DNA of 49,846 nucleotides from a virus (Duplodnaviria; Caudoviricetes), in IMG/VR virus record IMGVR_UViG_3300017565_000008, positions 1-49,846 of that record; one strand, 5' to 3'. The notes under the pieces are model-generated. The model did no database searches, was not told the DNA's origin, and was given only the letters and a program-made list of their open reading frames with translations. Each line of letters begins with the position of its first letter. Position 1 is the stretch's first letter. The position numbers were made by a program, and so were the translations under genes. This document shows positions 8,597-16,764 of the stretch, piece after piece.

Positions 8597-8633
8597 GTGT
8601 CTATATTTACAGAAATTAAAACACAATAGAATT

Positions 8634-9491
8634 ATGTTAAAGAAAGAAGAAGTATTTGTACGTGTTAGTAGCGAGAAGAAAGCACGGAAGTTGGCGAAGT
8701 TGTTGGAGATGTTTGGGGAGGGTGTTTATAAACCAACACTAAAAAGATTAAAAAATGGTGTTGTAAGCGATGAATATCCGATTGTTCATTATAATTGGGA
8801 GTGGAACGGTATAGGAAGCTCTCCTATAGACAAAACCAAAGTATCAATAAAAGAACTACGAAACATTTTGGCGGTTGAGCATTTAAAATCTGGCGATGTT
8901 GTGGTGTTGAATAATGGTGAAATTGTAAAAATAAAACACATTGGTGATGTATGGTTTGAAGAATTAAACGGACTTTTTCATGCATCAGATTTCATCCGTT
9001 ACGCAAACGAAGAAGAAAAAGCGTTGTTAGAGCCTGTTAGTTTAACGGAGAAAGACTATAAAGACAATACTTGGTACAAATCAAATAGAACTGGGAATTT
9101 GTTTTTCTTAGACAAGATTTCATCTTATCATTATGGTTTTAATTCATGTTGTTATAGTGATGATATTAGATGGTTCGAGTGTTTTAAAGAGAATGGTTTT
9201 GATATCGCAACAAACTGGACCGAAGCAACACCCCAAGAAGTAGAAGAAGCTTTGATTAAGGAGGTAAAGAGGAGGTATAAGGTTGGGGATTTACTGCGTG
9301 ATGAAGATGGAGATACCAAACGTTTCGGATTGTTTACACTTCGTTATAGACATGAATTCAACACATTATTTCAAGCTGGAATAAACATCTTCAAAGACGG
9401 CAAATGGGCAGAAGTAATCAAACCCGGAAAATCACTAGAAGAACGTGTTAAGGAGTTAGAACAAAAGGTTGAACAATTAGAAAATAGGTAA
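8634..9491 (+). CDS. Hypothetical mosaic phage protein
   Basis: 285 aa ORF with related segments RYANEEEK and TEATPQEVEE. Confidence 0.7.
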   Translation: MLKKEEVFVRVSSEKKARKLAKLLEMFGEGVYKPTLKRLKNGVVSDEYPIVHYNWEWNGIGSSPIDKTKVSIKELRNILAVEHLKSGDVVVLNNGEIVKIKHIGDVWFEELNGLFHASDFIRYANEEEKALLEPVSLTEKDYKDNTWYKSNRTGNLFFLDKISSYHYGFNSCCYSDDIRWFECFKENGFDIATNWTEATPQEVEEALIKEVKRRYKVGDLLRDEDGDTKRFGLFTLRYRHEFNTLFQAGINIFKDGKWAEVIKPGKSLEERVKELEQKVEQLENR

Positions 9492-9500
9492 ACAGGAAAA

Positions 9501-9528
9501 GGCTAGTTTAACGACTAGCTTTTTTTTT
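9501..9528 (+). terminator. Intrinsic terminator
   Basis: GGCTAGT/ACTAGCT hairpin plus T-run, directly followed by the portal promoter. Confidence 0.75.
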
Positions 9529-9543
9529 GTATCTTTGTTTATT

Positions 9544-10896
9544 ATGTTTGGATTCAACAATAAAGCTAAAAAGCAAGAGCAACTAAAGCGTGATATGGAA
9601 ATGTTGGCTAACGTCAACTTGTTTCAATGGCTTGGTGCAGACCTACCTATTATAAATGACGATGCTAACCAGTACATAAATCGCATTTGGCGCAATGTAG
9701 GAGTGGTTTACACCGCTACATCATTGATATATGAAAAAGTGTTGCAATGCCCTGTTGTGTTCTATAAAGTCAAGGACAAGAAGGCCAACAGGAAACTAAA
9801 AGCATTCAAAGGAAGTGACGTAAACACTGACGCTTATCGTATATTAAAGGCTCGTGCGTTAGAAGAGATTGAACCTATACAAGCATTACAGGACTTGTTA
9901 AAACAACCTAATCCGCAACAACGATGGTCTGACTTTTTAGGTGTGTTCTGCCTTAGCTACCTGCTTACGGGAAACTCATACGTTTACAAGCAACTAAGCA
10001 AAACTACAAAGCGACCTATTGAATTGTGGGCAATGCCTGAATTGCATATTGAATCTGGCGGTACATATAATCCTGTAAAGTCTTATTATCAGTTTTGGCA
10101 GACCGAGAACGAGAAGCAATATCCTGCTGATACGATATACCACGCTAGGACACCTAATCCGAACTTTACTACAACAGGGAGTCAATTATACGGTGTTAGT
10201 CCTTTGCGTGCGTTCCTAGAGCCTTTGAGGTCTATTGAGGAATCATACAAACAGGCATCAAAGCAATTAAAGTCTGGTGGTGTTCTTGCTATGCTTAGTC
10301 CGGCGCGCGCCGAAGATGCTTTTAACGCTGACCAACGCAATGCGTTTATGGCTAAGTTCAAAGAAGCTTTACGATCGCAATCGCCAAACTCTAGGTACTT
10401 AACAAGCTCTATTGCTATGGACGTTCAACAGGTTGGTTTACCTAGTGGTGACTTGGATTTACTTAATATCCGCAGTGCAGACGAGCAGTCTATTTACAAG
10501 GCTTATAAGATACCATTGCAGTTCTATAACCAGGATAGTTCTAGCTATAATAATCAGAGTATTGCGAACATCCAATTCATAACAAACGCTGTTGCGCCAC
10601 TTGCAAAGGTTTGTAGCGATATGTTGACAGACTTTGTTGGGGTGCATTTTGACGATGTTATTATTGAGCTTGATATTAATTCATTGCCTGAATTATCTGC
10701 AAATATTAAAGAGCAAATAGAGTGGATTGATAAGGCGGTTGAAAGTGGTATTATAAGCAGAAACGAAGGCAGATACCAGATTGGATACGGAGAAATAGAG
10801 GGTGCTGAATACATGAGTGGATTCTTGTATCGTGGTAGGTCTTTAGAAAAACTGTATGACGGAAGCATACAAATTAATGATAATAAACAAAACTAA
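9544..10896 (+). CDS. Portal protein (HK97 family)
   Basis: LLKQPNP.Q, LLTGNSY and LYGVSPL motifs; about 450 aa; TATCTTTG at 9530..9537. Confidence 0.92.
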   Translation: MFGFNNKAKKQEQLKRDMEMLANVNLFQWLGADLPIINDDANQYINRIWRNVGVVYTATSLIYEKVLQCPVVFYKVKDKKANRKLKAFKGSDVNTDAYRILKARALEEIEPIQALQDLLKQPNPQQRWSDFLGVFCLSYLLTGNSYVYKQLSKTTKRPIELWAMPELHIESGGTYNPVKSYYQFWQTENEKQYPADTIYHARTPNPNFTTTGSQLYGVSPLRAFLEPLRSIEESYKQASKQLKSGGVLAMLSPARAEDAFNADQRNAFMAKFKEALRSQSPNSRYLTSSIAMDVQQVGLPSGDLDLLNIRSADEQSIYKAYKIPLQFYNQDSSSYNNQSIANIQFITNAVAPLAKVCSDMLTDFVGVHFDDVIIELDINSLPELSANIKEQIEWIDKAVESGIISRNEGRYQIGYGEIEGAEYMSGFLYRGRSLEKLYDGSIQINDNKQN

Positions 10897-11824
10897 AACA
10901 TTCTTGACTGCCATTAAATTTTATTGATGGCAGTTTTTTTGATTTCCTGTTGATTCTTTTTAATTCAGTTTCTTTGTTAAAAGCATCTTTAGCGTTTCCA
11001 AACACAATTTCTTCTACTACCTCATAATTATAAGGCATAATTGACTTTGCTCTAAATCTATGTTTTGTAGTTGTAAACATTCTTCCAATTTTATAGAATT
11101 CCTCATTGTCATTCCAACAACGGATAATATACACTTTAAAAGAATCAAAATGTCTACTGCTTTTAGCTTTTTCTTCCCAATTTGTTATATTCCATCCTGT
11201 TGGGTTTTTAGACATTTTTTCAGATATTTTTTTGTTACCACATAAACTACATCCCTTACCTTGTATATGGTTACTAGGTGTGCATTCAAAATCACCGTGT
11301 TCTTTACAATTTATAGTTACTTTTATTGTTGAATTTACATAAACAACTTTATCATAGTTATATCTATTGCCATGTTTTATCATTGCTCTTTTAATAAATT
11401 GAGTTATTGTTAACGATGTTTTTTTATTCGCCAATATTTTACCGCACATTGGACACCCATTACCAAGAAGGTGGCTATTTGCTTCTTGCTCGAACATCGT
11501 ATGAATTGGGCATATTATTTTAACTTTATAATGGTTACCCTTGTATTCAACTAAAGAATAATCGTACTTATTACCATGCTTTTTTATAGACTTATTAATA
11601 AATTCTTGTGTATTTGATTTAGCATTACCAGTACACTTATGGCATTTTTGAACAAATAAATGCGCACTAGCTCTTTGGTAGAACGTTCCATGGTTGTTGT
11701 TTTTACAAATTATACCAACCTTAGTATTGGTATTTACATATTCAACTAACGAGTAGTCGTATTTATCTCCATGAACTTGCTTTGCTTGATTAATAAATTC
11801 CTCAGTTGTTTTTCTTCTTGCCAT
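10874..11824 (-). CDS. HEG3: Zn-ribbon-repeat plus GIY-YIG-like homing endonuclease
   Basis: Same family as HEG1/2; start MARRKTTEEF; overlaps the portal 3' end tail to tail. Confidence 0.8.
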   Translation of the reverse strand: MARRKTTEEFINQAKQVHGDKYDYSLVEYVNTNTKVGIICKNNNHGTFYQRASAHLFVQKCHKCTGNAKSNTQEFINKSIKKHGNKYDYSLVEYKGNHYKVKIICPIHTMFEQEANSHLLGNGCPMCGKILANKKTSLTITQFIKRAMIKHGNRYNYDKVVYVNSTIKVTINCKEHGDFECTPSNHIQGKGCSLCGNKKISEKMSKNPTGWNITNWEEKAKSSRHFDSFKVYIIRCWNDNEEFYKIGRMFTTTKHRFRAKSIMPYNYEVVEEIVFGNAKDAFNKETELKRINRKSKKLPSIKFNGSQECFSFVYYH

Positions 11825-11919
11825 TATAAAATAAAAAAGCCTATCGAATAATAAGGCTACCACACACTTATTACCCGTAGGCTAATTAATATTTTTCTCG
11901 TTGGTGGTAGTCAACAATA
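11825..11919 (-). ncRNA. Structured leader 3 (kissing-loop hairpin pair plus U-tract) upstream of HEG3
   Basis: On the minus strand after TATATTTG (11927..11920): hairpin TTGTTG/CAACGA with loop ACTACCAC; long hairpin 11883..11838 with loop TGTGTGGTAGC; T-run; ATG. Confidence 0.72.
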
Positions 11920-11938
11920 CAAATATACAAAATTTTAT

Positions 11939-12592
11939 TTAAATATAAGGTATATATGCACTGCTATTGTATGTTTTATAAAAATGACTTCTTCCTTCTT
12001 TTAGTAGTTTAGATTTTTCAATATTGGAAAAACTCCTTTTATGTGTTTTTGGGTCTTGATCCATACAATAGAAAAGACCATCACTAAAAATATCTATAAA
12101 CCTTTCTGGCGTTAAACCTGCATTATATATTCTCCTGGTGAACTCAACGTGTTCGTATGCGGAAAAGAATGTTGTATCAAAACCTCCAACCGTTTCAAAT
12201 ACTTTTCTATTGTAATACATTGCGCATCCATTAACTAAATTGAATACACGGTAGTTTTCTTTATTTTTTATTGGTTTATAAAAAGTGTAACAAGCGTGAT
12301 TTAATCCGCTTTCTATGTATCTACTAAATGCATCTTTGTGAATTGGCATAGTATCGTCATCTAAAAGGAATAAATGTTCAGCGTTAGTTTCCATGAACAA
12401 TGAGATACACTTATTCTTAGCACGTGGTATTCCTGCCCTTTCTTCAAACCTATAATCGCTTTTGCAATACTCAATATCGCTTGCATCATCGACTATGATA
12501 ATGTCACGTTCCGGCACATACTTAGTGACCTCGATTAAAACACGTTCTAATTCGTTTGGTCTGTTTCTTGTTGTGATTGCGACTTTAAACAT
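11939..12592 (-). CDS. Glycosyltransferase family 2
   Basis: VAITTRNR, IVDDAS, GIPRAKN and FLLDDD (DxD) motifs. Confidence 0.88.
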   Translation of the reverse strand: MFKVAITTRNRPNELERVLIEVTKYVPERDIIIVDDASDIEYCKSDYRFEERAGIPRAKNKCISLFMETNAEHLFLLDDDTMPIHKDAFSRYIESGLNHACYTFYKPIKNKENYRVFNLVNGCAMYYNRKVFETVGGFDTTFFSAYEHVEFTRRIYNAGLTPERFIDIFSDGLFYCMDQDPKTHKRSFSNIEKSKLLKEGRSHFYKTYNSSAYIPYI

Positions 12593-13239
12593 AATGAGTT
12601 AATTTTAATACTTTCAATTCGTTCTTTTTCGGGTACGCTACCTTTTATAGCGTGGTTGTAGTCGTATGAGTAAAACTCTTTTATAGCGTTTGGAATGTCA
12701 ATAAAAGGATATGGATTCAAACCGGCTTTGTGTATTCTTTCACTAAAAACCCGATGCTCTAACCCCCATCTACCAGGCATTTCAGGATATGTAACTCCAC
12801 TGTCTAACACAAGCTTGTCACAATACAATAATAAACCGCATGGTGCGTTATAAACCCAGTGATAACGGTGTTGTTCAATTACATAAACTTCGTTGCTTAT
12901 ACGGCGTCCTGTGATGTCCTTTTCGTATGATAAGCACATGTGACTAAAATCTGAATTTATATACTTGTATAGTATGTTTCCGTTTAGAGGATATACGTCA
13001 TCATCAGCAAGAAAAATGTGACTATAACCCATTTCACGAGCGTATTCTAAGCATTGGTTCTTTGCTCGAGATATACCTAATGGCGTTTGGTTACGAATCG
13101 TTGCTCCATCAAATGGTGTATCACTACCGTCATCAACAATCATTATAGAAAAGTCAGTATAGTACATTTCCCAATGCTTAATACAGTTTCTAGCTGTATC
13201 ATGCCTATTATGCACTGTTATTGCTATTAGTGGCTTCAT
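12547..13239 (-). CDS. Glycosyltransferase family 2
   Basis: IAITVHNR, IVDDGS, GISRAKN and FLADDD motifs. Confidence 0.88.
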   Translation of the reverse strand: MKPLIAITVHNRHDTARNCIKHWEMYYTDFSIMIVDDGSDTPFDGATIRNQTPLGISRAKNQCLEYAREMGYSHIFLADDDVYPLNGNILYKYINSDFSHMCLSYEKDITGRRISNEVYVIEQHRYHWVYNAPCGLLLYCDKLVLDSGVTYPEMPGRWGLEHRVFSERIHKAGLNPYPFIDIPNAIKEFYSYDYNHAIKGSVPEKERIESIKINSLCLKSQSQQETDQTN

Positions 13240-14549
13240 TTTGTTTTCTTTAGATATGCTTGATAGTTCGGATTGTCGTGAAATAGGTTGTCTTTATAGT
13301 GATTGTTGTAAATAGTGCATTGCCCCCAGGTTACGTCGTCTTTGTCTATTTCTTTATCTTGCTTGAATGTAATACTACCTAAGTGAGTTACTAAAGCACT
13401 AGTCACTAACATTGGTTTTACCCCTACTTTCTCGCATTCTTTTATTGTAGCATTATCGCTGAACCAATAAGAAACAATGTTTGGTAGACCTCCTATCTTA
13501 GTCCATAAATCCCTAGTCATCATAAAGCACCAACCCGAAAAGTAACGACCGCATTTAGTGCCTATTTCGTTAGTTTTTATATCTGTTTGACGTGGGTCTT
13601 TAGGGCATTTAGGACTAACGAGAGGATAATTGGCCGACAACAATTCGTGAAGCCATCCATGGTGAAAAAGTAAGTCATTGTTGCAGAACAAAATGTGTTT
13701 AGCTTTACCTTGTTTTGCGCCTAAGTTCATGTTGTCATTATAATTGAATGATTCTGTATGATGATAAACAGTCTGCGCATTGTTATACTGAACGTGTGGC
13801 ATCTGCTCAATGACTATTACATTAACAGGCAATTGATTAGCACCAGATATACAAGTGTCAATAGTTTTTTGCGTCATAGCCTTTAAACTAGAGTTGCTGG
13901 CTTTAGAGAGGATAACAACGTCAACGATAGCAGGTTGTTGTCTGCGTTTTCTAATGTGTTCCGGCAAGTTTTGAAATTGTGTTTCTGTCACGTTGTCGTT
14001 GTATTTGTAGTAATATAATACCTCTTTAATTTGATGCTCTGTTTTTAAGTGAGGTAACAGTAATTTAGCGTAGGCTTGATCTTCTGCGTACTTCAATGAC
14101 GGGAAAGATGATTTTAAAGATAACTCACGCTTAACGCAACTAATATGGTTTGGTATTCTGTAGTACCTATTATGAGTATTGTAATCTCGTTTGTTGTGTA
14201 TAGAATAGTCGCATATCTTACCAACACCGCCGTTTATAGTCACATTAGCATAAAATGTAATAACATCAGTGTCATGTTCTATTGCATCTAAAAGCTTTGA
14301 TATAAACTTAGGGTGTATTTCATCGTCATCGTCGACAAACTGTATATACTCGCCCTGAGCCATTTCTACCATAAGGTTACGCTTATCACCAAGCATAATA
14401 GATTTATTGTCGCTAAGTACTAAAACCTCAACTTGTTCTTTTTGTAGATAGTCAAGCTCTTCAATCTGTCTGTAAATTTCGTCCTGTATTTTAGGTAGAA
14501 AATTATTTCGCCTAGTATGTACACTAGGAACTAATATTGATAGTTTCAT
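13236..14549 (-). CDS. Two-domain glycosyltransferase (GT2-GT2)
   Basis: N domain LSILVPS...GEYIQFVDDDD...YAED; C domain VDVVILS...ILFCNNDL...WFSDN. Confidence 0.85.
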   Translation of the reverse strand: MKLSILVPSVHTRRNNFLPKIQDEIYRQIEELDYLQKEQVEVLVLSDNKSIMLGDKRNLMVEMAQGEYIQFVDDDDEIHPKFISKLLDAIEHDTDVITFYANVTINGGVGKICDYSIHNKRDYNTHNRYYRIPNHISCVKRELSLKSSFPSLKYAEDQAYAKLLLPHLKTEHQIKEVLYYYKYNDNVTETQFQNLPEHIRKRRQQPAIVDVVILSKASNSSLKAMTQKTIDTCISGANQLPVNVIVIEQMPHVQYNNAQTVYHHTESFNYNDNMNLGAKQGKAKHILFCNNDLLFHHGWLHELLSANYPLVSPKCPKDPRQTDIKTNEIGTKCGRYFSGWCFMMTRDLWTKIGGLPNIVSYWFSDNATIKECEKVGVKPMLVTSALVTHLGSITFKQDKEIDKDDVTWGQCTIYNNHYKDNLFHDNPNYQAYLKKTK

Positions 14550-14750
14550 TTAGTAAATAGGTTTTAAAGGTTTGGTAATTGGTTGGTAGTGGGTAACATT
14601 CTCAATCCAGTATACTATGTTTTCTAGTCTGAATTGTATAATGTTAACGTCATTACTTAAATTATCAAATTCGAAATAGTAGCCATACGCCTTAGGCAAA
14701 TCCGCTTCACTTTCGATTTTAATCCAACCGTTGTTATCTTTCTTTTCCAT
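14550..14750 (-). CDS. DUF551-like small protein
   Basis: GWIKIESEADLP...VTHYQPI.KP.KP. Confidence 0.65.
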   Translation of the reverse strand: MEKKDNNGWIKIESEADLPKAYGYYFEFDNLSNDVNIIQFRLENIVYWIENVTHYQPITKPLKPIY

Positions 14751-14752
14751 TT

Positions 14753-15043
14753 CTATTTTATTTCAAATTTCAATAACTCTTTTTCAGCCAACTGTATAAA
14801 CTCATTACAGTCATCAATAGCACCGTTAACAAGCAGGTGCATAGCATATTCCTTGTAATCGATTGTATTCCTTAGTACTGCGCCGGTTAGTTCACGTACT
14901 TTATTTTCCCATAATTCTACGGCTTCTATATATAACGCATTGCATCCTACATTTAAGCCATACAAATATAAGTAATTAGCTGCACTGTTTAGTTGAGCAA
15001 GATTAACGCATCTTGAAACAACCTGGTGTAGTTTAGTTTTCAT
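14753..15043 (-). CDS. Hypothetical protein
   Basis: 96 aa ORF in the leftward operon. Confidence 0.6.
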   Translation of the reverse strand: MKTKLHQVVSRCVNLAQLNSAANYLYLYGLNVGCNALYIEAVELWENKVRELTGAVLRNTIDYKEYAMHLLVNGAIDDCNEFIQLAEKELLKFEIK

Positions 15044-15046
15044 AAT

Positions 15047-15211
15047 CTATATATTAAAATAAACAACACCGTTAATAACTTCTTTTATTCTTACTCCAAT
15101 AGTATTTCTATATGGATACATTGCGCCCTCACATTTTTGACACCTTAATCTTTGTAAATCATCAACATAACCACACTTAGAACACTGTCTGTAATTTTTA
15201 GTTTTCTTCAT
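15047..15211 (-). CDS. Small Zn-ribbon protein (54 aa, not in ORF track)
   Basis: MKKTKNYRQCSKCG...RCQKCEG; first gene after the leftward promoter. Confidence 0.55.
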   Translation of the reverse strand: MKKTKNYRQCSKCGYVDDLQRLRCQKCEGAMYPYRNTIGVRIKEVINGVVYFNI

Positions 15212-15237
15212 AACATTTATTTAATTTAATCAATACC

Positions 15238-15269
15238 CAAAGATAATAAACTACTTTATATTATACAAA
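15238..15269 (-). promoter_or_regulatory. Leftward promoter of the operon that ends in the glycosyltransferases
   Basis: TTTG-N20-TATCTTTG on the minus strand. Confidence 0.75.
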
Positions 15270-15417
15270 TAATAAATACTATTTATAATGATTCTAAATA
15301 AGAATATAAAGAAAAGAAACTGCAAATTTAATACAAATATAGTAATTATATTTTTAATGATAAAATTATCTTAATAAATACAATAGGAAGTATATAAATC
15401 ATTATTAAGGGCTAGAA

Positions 15418-15606
15418 GCGTCCATATCGAATATCAATAAAAATCTATTCTATTTGATTTAAATGTACATTATTTAGTTGCATAGCTTACTATTGGACGT
15501 ATGGACGCATTGTTTTCCCATTCGGTCGCCAAAAAATATAGAAACTTATCTTTTCACGTTTTTATATATAGTAAAGACTTTGCTTTTAATACGTCCATGC
15601 GTCCAA
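15418..15606. repeat. Origin-like element C built from TGGACG/CGTCCA repeats
   Basis: GCGTCCA (15418); TTGGACGTATGGACGCATT (15493..15511) and its 17/19 inverted copy AATACGTCCATGCGTCCAA (15588..15606); AT-rich spacers. Confidence 0.6.
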
Positions 15607-15852
15607 AGGTAATCGGGGTAAGTTACGGTAAGTTACCTTTAAATTACCTTTTTTCGACTTTTTTCAACCCTATAAACCATTAATAATCAATATAATATAT
15701 ATATTATTTAAAGTATATATATATAAAGGTAATCTGGTAATCTAAGAAAATAGGGAAAAGTATATATTTTTATAAAAAGTTTTTTATGAAAAATTTAATA
15801 GTATTATTTATAAAGTCGAAAAGTATCAAAATACCAAATTACCGATTACCTT
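15607..15852. repeat. Origin-like element B with GGTAA/TTACC iterons; homologue of 46707..46952
   Basis: GGTAA x3, TTACC x2, (TA)n core, GGTAATCTGGTAA, A-rich spacer, TTACCGATTACC. Confidence 0.7.
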
Positions 15853-15899
15853 TTGTGGTAAAAACACATTAAAAATATTATTTGTATATTTGTATCATT

Positions 15900-16019
15900 A
15901 TGGCAAAGCAAACAAAGAAACCCACTACTAAACAGGTGGAAGAACTTAAAAAGCTGACTGACGAGAAGAAGGTTAAGCCTGTAAACGTATTTAGAAGCAT
16001 CTTAACTTTGGTTAAATAA
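15900..16019 (+). CDS. Small basic protein (39 aa, not in ORF track)
   Basis: MAKQTKKPTTKQVEELKK...; follows TATATTTG (15885..15892); its stop abuts the protease ATG. Confidence 0.55.
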   Translation: MAKQTKKPTTKQVEELKKLTDEKKVKPVNVFRSILTLVK

Positions 16020-16757
16020 ATGGATATAGAAAAATTAAGGTCTGTTACAAAAGACAGGATTGGAAAGTCTGTTACATATAAAGTCTGCTCTTTTAACCAG
16101 GTTGCTAATAATTCAGCTACTAAAGCGGAAGATACAGAACAGGATTCAGGCAACGTAATCTATCCTATTATAAATACCACGAATTTTTTGGATTCGCACG
16201 GCGATGTTCACGCTAAAGGTATTTGGGGCGAAGAGCCTATTGAGGGTATTAGCTATATTATCGACCACAACTATGGTGTAGACGGTCTTGTTGCATCTCC
16301 TAAAGACGTTCGTGTTTATGTAGAGCGTTTGAGGTGGAAGCAATTAGGTTTAGATATTAACGGCACTACCGATGCGTTGCGTTTTGAAGTTACTTTGCAA
16401 GACTATGCTAATGATAAATTTGTTAAGGCGCTAAAAGCTGGCGTTCCTTTGCAAAACTCGGTTCGTATGATTTACGAGGATTTATCTCTATGCGTTAACA
16501 ATAGCGATTTTAAAGACGAGTACGCAAACTGGAACAAGTACCTAAAAGAAGTGGCTAACCAAGAGGATGCTATGGAATTAGGTTACTTTTGGTACGTTAA
16601 AAAAGCAAGGGTATTCTTAGAGGGTTCGGCTGTGCTACGTGGGTCAAACAACATGACGCCTATGCAAACAAAAGAAGAGGAAAATACAGGCGATGAGCCT
16701 ATCACTAATAAAGAAGAAGGTGTGAAAACCACGCCTGTATGGTTAAATTTAATGTAA
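16020..16757 (+). CDS. Prohead (capsid maturation) protease
   Basis: DSHGDVH, QNSVRM.Y and EGSAVLRGSN..TP motifs; immediately upstream of the capsid gene. Confidence 0.8.
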   Translation: MDIEKLRSVTKDRIGKSVTYKVCSFNQVANNSATKAEDTEQDSGNVIYPIINTTNFLDSHGDVHAKGIWGEEPIEGISYIIDHNYGVDGLVASPKDVRVYVERLRWKQLGLDINGTTDALRFEVTLQDYANDKFVKALKAGVPLQNSVRMIYEDLSLCVNNSDFKDEYANWNKYLKEVANQEDAMELGYFWYVKKARVFLEGSAVLRGSNNMTPMQTKEEENTGDEPITNKEEGVKTTPVWLNLM

Positions 16758-16764
16758 AAACAAA

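Noticed and set aside
2307-8625. Repeated blocks as TR/VR of a diversity-generating retroelement
   Set aside because: The blocks are identical with no adenine-specific mismatches, and no reverse transcriptase is encoded.
15280-15300. dif/XerCD site
   Set aside because: It has a 1-nt-centred palindrome rather than 11-6-11 geometry and lacks the TTATGTTAAAT arm.
15418-15852. CRISPR array or MITE
   Set aside because: The repeats are 5-8 nt words in both orientations with AT-rich spacers; there is no repeat-spacer periodicity, transposase or target-site duplication.
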